The translations under genes and the position numbers were made by a program. Below the pieces are notes generated by a model. That model was given only the letters and a program-made list of their open reading frames with translations. It ran no database searches and was not told the origin of the DNA. 64,000 nt of DNA, from assembly GCA_053919585.1 (NCBI GenBank), contig CM132791.1; one strand, 5' to 3'. The DNA is from Euprymna scolopes (taxonomy: Eukaryota). Shown one piece after another: positions 14,573 to 26,618 of the stretch (within the stretch, counting starts at the first letter, position 1; every line of letters starts with the position of its first letter).

Positions 14573-15075
14573 ACTGGAGGGTTTCCCCCTTCCCACTCCA
14601 TTGCATAGATACTGGAGGGTTTCCCCCTTCCCACTCCATTGCATAGATACTGGAGGGTTTCCCCCCTTCCCACTCCATTGCATAGATACTGGAGGGTTTC
14701 CCCCTTCCCACTCCATTCCATAGATACTGGAGGGTTTCCCCCTTCCCACTCCATTCCATAGATACTGGAGGGTTTCCCCCTTCCCACTGCATTCCATAGA
14801 TACTGGAGGGTTTCCCCCTTCCCACTCCATTCCATAGATACTGGAGGGTTTCCCCCTTCCCACTCCATTCCATAGATAGTGGAGGGTTCCCCCTTCCCAC
14901 TCCATTCCATAGATACTGGAGGATTTCCCCCTTCCCACTCCAATTCATATATACTGGAGGGCCCCCTTCCATTCCATCCCATAGATAATGGATGATTCCA
15001 CCCACTGCATTCCCTAGATACCCAAGGGTTTCCCCGCACTCTATTTCCTAGATACTGAAGGGTTTTCTACTCTAA
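14573..15075. repeat. Diverged 38-bp edge subtype of the same satellite, decaying into unique DNA
   Basis: About 10 copies of ACTGGAGGGTTTCCCCCTTCCCACTCCATTCCATAGAT (period 38, e.g. 14,726 to 14,764), then about 3 increasingly degenerate copies. Confidence 0.93.
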
Positions 15076-15717
15076 TATCTTCTGTCTTCAGACTGCTTAC
15101 CTTTGGAATTTCGTCCCTACTCCCTGTTTACTCAACCATAATAATATGCAGAAATGTAAATGTTATTTGAACAAATGTTTTGATCCCCTATTATAAATCT
15201 GGCCTCTATCCTAGTAGCCTCCTCAATGGCAATAAACCGTATTTATAGTGAATAAAAAATTTAAAAAAATAAAACAGTTTAGAGATTTTGTTTACAAAGT
15301 GTAAACCTATAAAATAGATTCGTCTTCAAACCAATCCTATACTAAACATGTACGATTTCAGCATAAAATGATCCAATGGTGGTTTACATGATCTAAACCC
15401 CAAGAAACAACCATTATGTTCACAAAATCCTATTTGGAATTAAATGTGCTATTGAAGAAAAAAATTAATTATCATTTTTATTCTGTTAATTTGTTTTTCA
15501 TTAAGATTTATTAAAACTCAATCCGTAAAAAAAATAAGTATGTAGATTAATTTTACTTCCATTATTGTAATGATGGAACACTAAAACGTTTATAATAGTT
15601 ATACATGTTACTTAGGTATTTTGTTGCAATAAAAACAGAATTTTGCTTTATTATCGGACTATATTTTTTTATTTTTTAAAATTATTTTTATATTTTTTTA
15701 ATTATTTATCTTTTTTT

Positions 15718-16162
15718 TAATTAACTTAATTATTTCTGTTTTGAATTAACCTAATTATTTCTGTTTTGAATTAACTTAATTATTTCTGTTTTGAATTAAT
15801 TTTAATATTTCTGTTTTGAATTAATTTTAATATTTCTGTTTTGAATTAATTTTAATATTTTTGTTTTGAATTAATTTTAATATTTCATTTTTGAATTAAT
15901 TTTAATATTTCATTTTTGAATTAATTTTAATATTTCGTTTTTGAATTAATTTTAATATTTCGTTTTTGAATTAATTTTAATATTTCGTTTTTGAATTAAT
16001 TTTAATATTTCGTTTTTGAATTAATTTTAATATTTCGTTTTTGAATTAATTTTAATATTTCGTTTTTGAATTAATTTTAATATTTCGTTTTTGAATTAAT
16101 TTTAATATTTCGTTTTTGAATTAATTTTAATATTTCGTTTTTGAATTAATCGTAATATTTCT
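15718..16162. repeat. 25-bp AT-rich minisatellite (GAATTAATTTTAATATTTCGTTTTT), ~17-18 copies
   Basis: Clear 25-bp period, with gradual change from TTAACTTAATTATTTCTGTTTTGAA on the left to the CG-containing form on the right. Confidence 0.95.
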
Positions 16163-16183
16163 TTTTCTGTTTTACAGGTAAGT
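16161..16183 (+). promoter_or_regulatory. Candidate recursive splice site (ratchet point): pyrimidine tract-CAG|GTAAGT
   Basis: CTTTTTCTGTTTTACAG is followed directly by the consensus donor GTAAGT. There is no AG dinucleotide between 15,639 and 16,175. Confidence 0.55.
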
Positions 16184-16219
16184 CTTCAATAATTCAAGCA
16201 TTGGTAATGTATAACTCAC

Positions 16220-16255
<36 letters not shown>

Positions 16256-17189
16256 ATGTGGTTCATGTTATATTAGAAGTAATTGCGAATATGATGTTGC
16301 TAATCATGTTAGATCGTTGACTTCGTGGTACATGATGGTATGGACGTTTGTAAAATGAAATTAGTCGGTTCGTGACTTCTTTTGTCTTCTAATTATTTAT
16401 TATTTGTTTAATTAAAAAAGTCTTTAATTCTAGTTTTCCTAATAAGTGGTTTTTCATGTTCGACATAATTGTTGTTTACATCATCACTTTTGGCAACCAA
16501 GATAACTCTCTGGGTTATTATTTTAATTTTAGAAATTTAAAAAATAAAATTTTTAAATGCACATTAAAGATGACTCCTTTAAGACTTTTTGGAACATTAA
16601 TTTTAAATGTACATTTTTAAAATACATTTTTTACATAAATTATATCTACATAAACAATAATTAAAAGGGGCTCATCATAAGACCCAATCGTCAGAAGTGT
16701 ATCCTTATCTCGTTTGTCTGTATGTATTTGAATACAGTATCATCATTTTTTTTTTTTTATTACACCAGAATATTCTTAAATGGATGTATTTTTCTGTTTA
16801 AATTATTTCTTTTCATCTAAAAGAATATTTAACCATGTGTGTGCATACAAGATCTTATGTATTGGTTCGGCTCTGTTCCAATTCCAAGAATTTGATTTTT
16901 TTTTTTTTAATCTGATTTCAAATGTTTAAGCTGTTGGATTAGAAAATATTGTTTTGTTTTTTAATTAGTTTACTTCAGGCTTTGTAATTAATTAAACACC
17001 AGGAAAATTTTAGTTGCATATAAATACAACAGTCTTTGAAAAAAAAAAAAGCTCTATGCAATTGCATCATTGGAAAATTTCACACAAGGTTAGTTAAGCA
17101 AGAAAATGAAATTTTCCATTAGTGACCAAGTTAGAAGTTAGGTTGATGTATAGCAGTAATTGTGTCACGGCAGAAAGTATGTGGAAGAA

Positions 17190-17720
17190 AAGCTAGAAGC
17201 GTCTCTTCCTCTGGTGTTTGGTATAAATGTGCGTGGACACTGCTTTTGAGGTTCTCTCCCCTTTACAAGGATGGAAGAGAAATGTAGTTCAAGATGTAAA
17301 TTTCTGTAAAGAGTAAAAGTCACAGAGCAAATAATGGGGTTGTTTGTTGTTTTTTATTGCTTTTTATTACTTCTACCAAAACCAGAACGAAGAAGAAAAG
17401 CCCAACATCTCTGCAAATGTTACTACCATAATTGCTGAGAGACATCACTATCCAATAAACCAACTACTATATATTAACGAGTTTGACTGACGTATACTAG
17501 TAATTGTGTCAGTAAAGGAAATACATAGAAAGCTAGAGTACCTGCCTCTGGGGAGGTTGGCATGAAAGTAAGTAGACATGCTTTTGATATTTCCTTCCTC
17601 TTTACAGGATTTGAAAAGAAATACAGTTCATTAAGATGTGAAATGCTGTAAAGATTACTGTAAAAAGTAAACCAAATCCCAGAGCAAATGAAGGAGTTAT
17701 TTTTAATTGCTTCTATTATT
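17190..17720. repeat. Old diverged direct duplication (two ~170-190 bp copies about 340 bp apart)
   Basis: Colinear shared words at ~17,190-17,370 and ~17,530-17,720: AGCTAGA, CCTCTGG, TGCTTTTGA, CTTTACA, AGTTCA-AAGATGT, CAGAGCAAAT, ATTGCTT. Confidence 0.6.
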
Positions 17721-18049
17721 GCAGTCATATAGAGGAGAAAAACCCTTTTGCTAGAATTATTATTGTGTTGAATTTCTCATTTCTTGATACTCTACACATT
17801 AAGCATGATAAAACATGAGCTAATGAGCAAATAGTTGCAAGGTTTTATACACAATTAAGTTTTATTGCCCAACAGAGGAGCACAATTATTACCAATGCCA
17901 CCCAGTTTAGTTATTTATTCAATCCAATCAACTAATTAGTAATAAGAGCTAACTATCATTAACTTGAATCTTAACATATTTATAAGTTAACAACATTAAG
18001 AACCTCATTGAAGATATTCATAGAAAAGAAATTACTATCTGCATGAAAT

Positions 18050-18890
18050 TTACACATCAAGGTATATGTATAGTTAACAGGCAAACATCCTTTGACTTTC
18101 CTGCTCTCTTTATCATTCTTCAGATAATCTGAAGTTGTTCTCACTGTTTGAGTGTTTGCAAGATTTAACTAATTTGAAGACTCGTGCAAGAGTTGATATT
18201 ATTCTTGGCATGATAAGATTTATTCTTGCTAACAGCCTCATAAATGGGAGTGACGATAGTTGGCTCGGATGACGGTTGAATAGATTTGCTTTGACAGCAG
18301 ATTGCTGTGTTCAGCAATGGTATTCAATTTTTGTGTCTTTTGTTCAGTGTTAAAGAATGAATGCAAATGTCATATGTCAGTTTTATTTTTCATGGTTCAA
18401 AACATTTGAGAATCTTTCAGCCGAATAGAGGCACGAAGGAAAATGATGCTGAATAGCATGATTCTTCTATTGTAGTCAACTGATGGTTTGTGTGGTGGAG
18501 TGATTAGCAAGCTATGCTGACAGACTTTTATAAACGAGTCTGGCTTGTGTTGAATATCCAGTTTGGTTGTAAAAAAAAAAAAAATAATAATAATAATGAG
18601 CAACACAGTTGTATAAAAACTCTGGGTCACAGCTACTACCACTGTAAAGTTACCCAACATGTTGTAGCCTCAGTCACAAAGTAGACAAAGAATAGGAAAG
18701 AACTTCAACCCACTTTTTCTTTTAACAGCATTTATTATTTCTCCATTCTCTTGCCACGCATGGCCTCTTGTTACAACTGTGATGTCACCCACATCTCTAA
18801 CGTGCTCTTGAACTTCATCCATGTCTAATGTGATCCACTTCTCAAACGTGCTCCTTTTTATAGTCTTTTTCTTTACCAGTGACGTCATTT
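18050..18890 (-). mobile_element. Possible decayed hAT-like (ZNF862-type) transposase relic
   Basis: Less AT-rich block with broken minus-strand ORFs. KFFPILCLLCD loosely resembles the KFFS(I/L)LxDxSTD motif of hAT transposases. Weak resemblance only. Confidence 0.25.
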
Positions 18891-19588
18891 TGCAAGCACT
18901 TGCATACGTGCATCTACACTACTGTTAATTCTAATTAGTCAGAATGCAAAGAATAAATAAAATTAAGTTTAAAATAAAAAAATATTACAAGTAAATGTAA
19001 TAATTAAAAAAAATTAATATTAACACTAATCTATATTAAGTTTAAAAAAATAACAATGGATTTGAAACAAAAAATTTTTAAACTACAGTAAAATAATTTT
19101 TGATTTCAAATCCATTTCAATTTCTGCAGAATTGATCTTGTTTACAAGACCAATTCCGTATACACATTTGAATTAACAGTGAACACCTCTCTGACAAAGA
19201 GAAATGTTCCCGAAATATCATATATGGAACTGCTACCAAACCTCATTAATGAAAGTAGGAATATAATGTAATAAAAGTATAAAAATGCATACATGTGTGT
19301 GTGTGTGTGTTGTATTAATAAAATTTTAATCTGCATAACTCATTCCACTATTATATCTTATTTTGTGTTTGTGTTCATCCATTACACTTCTGCATTGTAT
19401 TGTCATCTCATAAATTACCTTTATATACACACTATTTATTCTATTTTGATTTCATCCGACAATTCATAAAATGTGAAATATCTGTTAAGGCATTTTTCTT
19501 GGATAACTAAAAATAAGTTTCTGTAAAAACTTGCCATCTAATTTATGTATTTGTGATTACTACTGATACGATGCAAATTAGATAGCAG

Positions 19589-20284
19589 TGTTACAGGAAA
19601 AGGGGCTGTCCCTTTAGATAAGTGAAAATGAGATTAGGATAAGCCAAGACTCGAACCCTGTAAGCAAGGTTAAGAAATAGGATGTTAGGTATCGGAATGT
19701 TAAAAAAGGTCTATTGTTAAATTCTATTATAAATAGTTAGATACTGTTTATATTGTAAAAAGAATTGATTGGTCATTCTTTTATAAAGCTGAATATTAAA
19801 AATGTTAGCTAAAAAGAATGAACAATACAGATTAAAAAACATTGTTAAAAAAAATAGGTTAGGATAGAATTCTTTGTTTTGGAAAAACGTGTGCATAGCC
19901 ACGTGAATTGGTCACGTTTGGGGAACACACTTCTGACGTCATAGACAAAGGACGATTCTCCATATAGTTCTATGGGTTCAAATTTCAGAGTCAGTCTGCT
20001 AGTCAATCAGAGAGAGAGTTGAGTCAGTCAGTTGGCAGTCAGTGGTCAGCTGACATTTTGGAAGCGAAAGGAAGAACAGTAAACTGTGTAGATCCCGAAT
20101 TTGAATTCTTGACGTCATCAGCATTCGACCAGTCCAATGAATAAAGTATCATCTTTGTTTTTGTAAAATTGTTGTCATGTGTCATCATTTAACAACCAAA
20201 AGGTAATGTGTTAATCATCTTATTATGAACATTGCGGAACCCTTCCAAGAATATGTATCTCTCCTCCTCTCTATATGTGTTACA
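19589..20284 (+). mobile_element. Possible solo LTR
   Basis: Begins TGT and ends ACA, with an AGTC-rich block and AATAAA near 20,140 plus several transcription-factor palindromes. No matching target-site duplication found. Confidence 0.35.
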
Positions 20285-21797
20285 AAGAATATAAGAAGTG
20301 TGCATCTATCACCCTATCATCCTCTGTATATATATATAAAGTCCCAAGCATCTCAGAACAGAACTGTATATGTATAAATGTCTCTGTCTTTCCCTCCTCC
20401 TCCTCATCATCATCATCATCATCATCATTTGTGTATTATATGGCCCCAATATGAATCTCCCGTCATATCTCTTTTAATATGCCCCCACCCCCGCTATTTA
20501 ACAGCAGTACTGAAACACTTTCTTAAATGCTTATGGACATTAAGAAATATTGGAGTAGGTAAAGCAACATCATGAGGAGATATATGTAAAAAAAAAAAAA
20601 ATTAGAGATGGATGACTTGTTAGCTAATTACAAATTACGAGTAATTAGAATAATTAAAACAAGATTTTTCAATCTACTAATTTTTAGAACTAAAGTATAG
20701 CATTGTATTTTATGTGATAATAATATAGGAAAAATCTTAGCGAAACAAACGTTAATTTGCTCAACTTTGAAAGATCTTTTCATATCCGCTGTAGTTATAT
20801 TCATAGAAAGTAAAGTTCTTTTGTATATATTACTAACGACGTTGTCATCAGACATCTTCAAGGCTAGGTAAATTAAGATTACAGGTTGGATAATATGGTT
20901 TGTGAATAGCACTGACATTTTGATTTCATCTTCTGGCAATGTGGTTTAATTTACTTTACTTAAATGTGACTGAGAATGTCTCCTTGTGTGTTAGAAAATT
21001 GAAAGTATGCAACGTTTTGAAAGTACAGATTATAAAATTATCAAAATTTATAAATAAAGAAAATGGCATTCTCTCAACAGCAAGACTGCAGATTGTAATT
21101 CACTGTATGAGTAAAATAATGGCGCTGTTCATTTAAAAAGTGTTTTTTATATACTAATGAATAACCACTTACGAAGACCCAAAGCCACTTGAGAATAATG
21201 GTTAATGAGAGTATCAGTTGGATGATGAGCAATATTATGAGAAGATTGGAAACGATTTTAGATATGTTTAATTGGAATAAAATATCTAATTTAAACTATA
21301 TTACCTACTTGACATTATGAATGTTTGATTTGTGTCATGGCATTTCAACCATTTTTGGTTTATTGCACAAACAAAATACTTATTGCAAACTGTTCATTTC
21401 TCTTATTCCTTCTTTTCTTGTCTTTGTGTTTCAAATACTGATGTTAGACATTTTGTAGATGACTTCCAAATTTTCCTGTGTTGCCATTTTATTTGTGCAG
21501 CCTTTTAGGAACAGGTTATCATCAGTTGACGTCCATGTCTTAATCAGTCTACTGCATAGTCTTAAGCCACCAACATTGATGTAGGTCTTACTTTGGATCA
21601 TTTCAGATGACTAACGGTTGGCGACATGGCTGTACCAGTTTAGATGTCATTATATACGAATAAATTGGACACAAATTGGTATAACTGATGAATTGCAAAT
21701 TCATACTGTTTCCAACAATATTAGTATGATGACTACAGTAGATCAAAAAGCCAGATTCCATAATCCGTGAATTTTTTTGGTTTTATTTACATGAGAA

Positions 21798-21845
21798 GTC
21801 ACCACTTATCAAGGCTTGCATGCCACTCTAGGATAAGGGTAAAAT
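21798..21845 (-). mobile_element. 3' end fragment of CR1/Jockey-like LINE subfamily A
   Basis: CACTTATCAAGGC...GCCACTC..GGATAAGGGT matches the 3' UTR of the LINE at 23,070-23,110. Confidence 0.75.
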
Positions 21846-22299
21846 CAATGCTTCCCAACCACTGTGCTGCAGAATGATTACTGGTGTGCCGTGAAGAAAT
21901 AATAGCTGAAAGTCATTTAATTCCATTTTGTTTAATAAAGACACTAAATTTCTTTATCATGATGACACAGTTCAATTCAAAATCTACTAATTTCAGAATT
22001 TCATACATACAAATTGGCAAGTTTTTTATAGTCTATATTATAGATGAGACGATTCATCGGAATATCAGGAATCGGCATAGAAGCTGAATAATTCAGACCA
22101 GATTTTAATGCCCAAAACAATACCAGATATTGAATACAGGATATGTTGTTTTATGTGATTAAAATTCTTCTTAAATCATTTCTATTTTATTTTAGAAAGG
22201 GTTTATGAGTATGAAATATTTTTTGTAGTATGTATGTCAGGACAAATTTTAAAAATTCAATAGTGTACCGCCATGTAAAAAAAAGGTTGGAAACCACTG
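21846..22299. mobile_element. hAT (Charlie-like) MITE inserted in the LINE 3' UTR
   Basis: Termini CAATGCTTCCCAACC and GGTTGGAAACCACTG are imperfect inverted repeats. Flanking 8-mers GGTAAAAT / GGTTAAGT match at 6 of 8. Confidence 0.65.
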
Positions 22300-22675
22300 G
22301 GTTAAGTGTTGGGTAGTTGGTAAGATCACAAGATCAGTCATGTGTAACTTGGAAAGGCCTAGATTACCTAAGAGGACAGCTGAAATGGAATTACTTCATG
22401 TTGGTATCTATTAGCGATAAGACAATTATTTATCTCTAGACTGTATTAGATTACCAATTCTTAAATTAGTGATTCTGATTCTTTTAAAATCTTGAAATAT
22501 ATAGCTGTACGGTTATTTTTTTCCTTTTTTATTTTTTTTGTTTTTTTTATTTTTAATTTTCATAAAAACCTATATAATATCTGCAGAATTTTTAACAAAC
22601 ATTAAAATACACTTGTGGATGTGCTTTTAGTTTTATTGGTAATTTCAAATCAATAAATATTTATTATTTTATTAA

Positions 22676-23018
22676 TATCAACAATTGAAAATTCAAAATG
22701 TTGTCAGTATCAACCATTGAAAATTCAAAATGTTGTCAGTATCAACCATTGAAAATTCAAAATGTTGTCAGTATCAACCATTGAAAATTCAAAATGTTGT
22801 CAGTATCAACCATTGAAAATTCAAAATGTTGTCAGTATCAACCATTGAAAATTCAAAATGTTGTTAGTATAAACAATTGAAAATTCAAAATGTTGTTAGT
22901 ATAACAATTGAAAATATAAAAATGTTGTTAGTCTCAACACTTGAAAATATAAAAATGTTGTTAGTCTCAACACTGGAAAATATAAAAATGTTGTTAGTCT
23001 CAACAATTGAAAATCAAA
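22676..23018. repeat. 32-bp minisatellite (ATTGAAAATTCAAAATGTTGTCAGTATCAACC), ~10 copies
   Basis: Period 32 seen directly (22,684 to 22,716 and onward); right-hand copies diverge. Confidence 0.95.
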
Positions 23019-23027
23019 TTTAACAAA

Positions 23028-23030
<3 letters not shown>

Positions 23031-23063
<33 letters not shown>

Positions 23064-24569
23064 GTGATCACTACTTATCAAGGCCCGGAAGCCACTCAGG
23101 GATAAGGGTTATTGCAAGTACATTACGTTAGTGTGGAGATTTGATGAAGTGTTTACTTAAGGAGGCAGTTCATTAGGAATTTGTTAACATTGGACTTGAA
23201 GACATCAAAGTTGTAGTCCGGTGGGAAGCAGGCAGACGGAACAGAGTTCCACAGGTGTGCAGTTCTAAGAAAGAAGCTTTGTTCATGGAATCTACGTTTT
23301 GATTTAGGCACAGATAAAGAGTGGGGGAAATTTTTCACAGTGGATTCAGCTAGACGGGTGTTTTTCGTGAAAGATTGGCGAGGGGGGACCAGAGATTGGA
23401 GTTCAGAAGAGCACCTGCCATGGGAATAACGATAAAACAAGGATAGGTTCGCAACGTCTCTTCTGTGGGAGAGAAGTTGCAGGGTAGAGAAAAGGGCATC
23501 CCCACTAAGCCACAAAGTCTATTTTGTACTCTGGTAAGGCAGGATAGGCTGTTTTTTGCAGCTCCTGCCCAGATATGGCAACAGTATTCCATCCTTGGAC
23601 GTACTTGGCTTTTATATAAATAGAGAATTGCATCAGTAGTGAGATATCTTCTGGAGCGGTAGAAGGATCCCACCATCTTTCCAGCGACCTTGGCAACAGA
23701 CTTGATGTACGTGTTCCATTTCAGATCAGGAGTAAAGGTCAAACCCAGAAGCTTGTCAAAACACAGGGCCTCTCCCAGACGAGAGCCATCCATCACAATT
23801 GATGCCAGCTGGGGATCAGAGCATTGATGATGTAAGGATAGGAGTTTGGTTTTGGATGCATTAAAGGTAACCAGCCACATCTTCCCCCACTGAACCACGC
23901 GCTCGAGATCAGAGGAGAGAGAATCGGAGAGAACTTTGTCATTTACAGCCTTTGATGTGTTGCCGTAGATGGTCGTGTCATCAGCATAGATGTCAACGAA
24001 TGATTTAAGTATGTGTTTAGGGAGGTCATTGATGTAGATCAGGAAGAGAGTTGGGCCTAGGATTGACCCCTGAGGGACTCCAGCATTTATATTGCAGGCC
24101 TCCGATTTTTGTCCATCTACCACTACTCTTATGAGCCTATCGGAGAGAAATGATTTAATGATTGAGAAAACATTTCCAGTTATACTGTAGCTGGAAATCT
24201 TGTGAAGTAGACTCTTATGCCATACCTTGTTGAAGGCCTTTGATATGTCAAGAGCAATTGCCCTAGAAAGGAAGCCTTTGTCAAGAGATTCACTAATCCT
24301 GTGGGATATAACCGTCAGCACATCTGCGGTAGATCTTGCAGAGCGGAAACCATATTGTATGTCACTAAAAAGGTTATTCCTGCTGAGGTGGTTGACTATT
24401 TCTCTATTTAATATGGATTCCAGCAACTTACTCATAACACACAGGAGACTTATTGGTCTGTACTGAGAGGGAGATGACTTATCACCTGAATTCTTAAATA
24501 CAGGGCTAACTGATGAGGTCTTCCAGGGAGTCGGAAAGCACTTCTCCTTAAGGCAGCACTTAAACAGTT
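23031..24569 (-). mobile_element. 5'-truncated CR1/Jockey-group LINE (subfamily A): ORF2 reverse-transcriptase domain, C-terminus, 3' UTR and poly(A)
   Basis: Frame is open from ~24,569 (CFPTPWKT..YRPISLL) through QYGFRSARST, ALDISKAF, GVPQGSILGP, YADD, FNASKT and RPRMEYCCHIW. One frameshift near 23,500 leads into LSHRRDVANLSLFYRY..RTAHLWNSVP. Poly-T at 23,031-23,058. Confidence 0.95.
23153..24569 (-). pseudogene. Non-LTR retrotransposon reverse transcriptase (truncated, frameshifted ORF2)
   Basis: ORFs 23350..24435 and 23153..23515 join through a single frameshift. No endonuclease domain and no true start. Confidence 0.9.
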
Positions 24570-26612
24570 GGTTTTGGTATCTGAAAATAGGCTAAACTAT
24601 TTCTGATACCGATACTCTAAAAATGTTCCATTATTTTTGATTTCTGATTAATCGACTTAACACTAATATCTGTTTGTCCAATCACACAGCTATAGATGTT
24701 TTTACACATTGTAAGATTTAAGCAGACCTCATTAATATGAATCTTAATTCAAAAATACATTGCAGCATGTACTAATTTTTATTTATTTATTAAATATCTG
24801 AATTTTAAATATATATTTTTATTATATTTTCATTTAAAGGAAATGCTAATGCAAATTGTTTTTGTTCTTAGTGTTTAAAAAAAAAATATTGGATATACAA
24901 ATTGAGTTTCTTGCCACATGATTTTGCAGGCGTTCCTTTTTCTTTAAAAGACAGAGTTCTTTCTCTCTTGCTTTAGTAGCTGTGAATTTTGTTCAATAAA
25001 ACCTTGGAAAGAGGTTTTGTTTTAAATCTTCATTTATTTACAACACTACAATTTTTTTTTCAAACCCCCGAATTATGAATTTTTCCTCTTTTTTTTTTTT
25101 TTTTTCTCGAGGTTGGATGAATAGAGGAACTATTTTCTTTTTAAAGCATCCCCAGCTTTTCTTTAATTAATTTCATACATTGCTATTACAAAATATAAAA
25201 TAAAAATAAGGATATCTTCCGAGAGGGGATTAACTGTAGATGATGAAATTGAAAAAAAAATAAAAATAAATAAATGTTTATAAAATATGTATAAGGTTTT
25301 ATATGTAATGAGTTGTGGAAAGTATTTATTTCTTTGCTTTCTATTTATGCACTTTAATTTATAAGTTTTTTTTTAAATGGATTAGGCTGTGTTGTAATCC
25401 ATCAAATTCAGGAATTGTAGGAGTAATGTTAGCCATCAACTGAACAAAATAATAATAATAATAATGGTTAATTTGGTGAAAAGAAGCAAAACAAATTCTG
25501 AAAAAATGTGAAACATGATGTTGATAGAATTTCTTTCTCTTATTAAATATTACTGTGTGAATCTAAAATTAAATGTATACACACTAAAATTTCTGTCTTC
25601 AAAAATGATTTTAACATTTCACTGCAGTTTCACAGGATTTCCGGCTGTCACATGCTTTTTTACATTTGAATACACATTTAAAAATTAAAAGTTTAGATCA
25701 TTATTTAAATAAAGAGGCATTACAGATTTATTAGTACACTGCTGACAATTTGAAACTCTATGAAACTACAGTAAACACATCTGAAAACCCTTTATTTATG
25801 CAAAGTTTTATACACACACGCGCGCTAGCAGAGCTATCCAGTATTGCCTGAGATAAAAGTATAGCATAACTTTTATCCATCTCTCTTTCCTTCTCCCCAT
25901 ACCCTCTTTCTTTTTTTGTCCATCCCATTCCACTTTCTGAACACACACACACACACACACAATTCTAGTTGGCATAAAAGAAATAACTCTGACAAAAGAT
26001 CAGATACATTCCTTTAATTAGTGGCTTGAAAACAGATTACATGATAACATTAAAAGATGTATAATGTCTTGATAACATTAAATGATATAAATAATGTGGT
26101 GTTCTCTAAATAATGAATCTTTTTAATTTTAGATATTATAAACCCTTGTTATGCTGATTTTTTTTTAAATCTCAACTTTGTGAGTGTTTGTTGTGTATTT
26201 TTCAAGTTTTAGGTGGACATAGACATTTACCATTTATATAATAGATATAAATAATTATCCATTTCACCAACAATATGGCCCCTCTTTTAAATAAATTCTT
26301 CACTGTAGATATCTGAATCTGTTCATTTGTCTTTATCAGCAAAACATTATATATATGTGTGTGTGTATGTAAACAGGCAAAAATGTGAAGGAAACATTAG
26401 GATGTTGCACTTGACTAACATTTACCTGCATTAGCAGCTTCTTCAGTGTAATAAAATAGTCACCTGCACGTGCATTATTTCTCATGAGTTAGAAATGTGA
26501 CATTTTTGCCTGTTTTATTTTTCAAACTTTCTATATTTGGGAATCTTACATTTGTTTGCTTTCAAAGCACGTATATATGTGCATACGCACAAATACGAGG
26601 GCTTGTGAAGCG

Positions 26613-26618
<6 letters not shown>

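Noticed and set aside
151-15039. Dozens of ORFs (MEWSEEGNPPVS / GVRREILQYLWN repeats, up to 434 aa) suggesting a repetitive protein or programmed frameshifting
   Set aside because: The 36-bp monomer is 12 codons with no stop in several frames. Frames switch at C-run length changes, there is no unique domain, and indels do not preserve frame.
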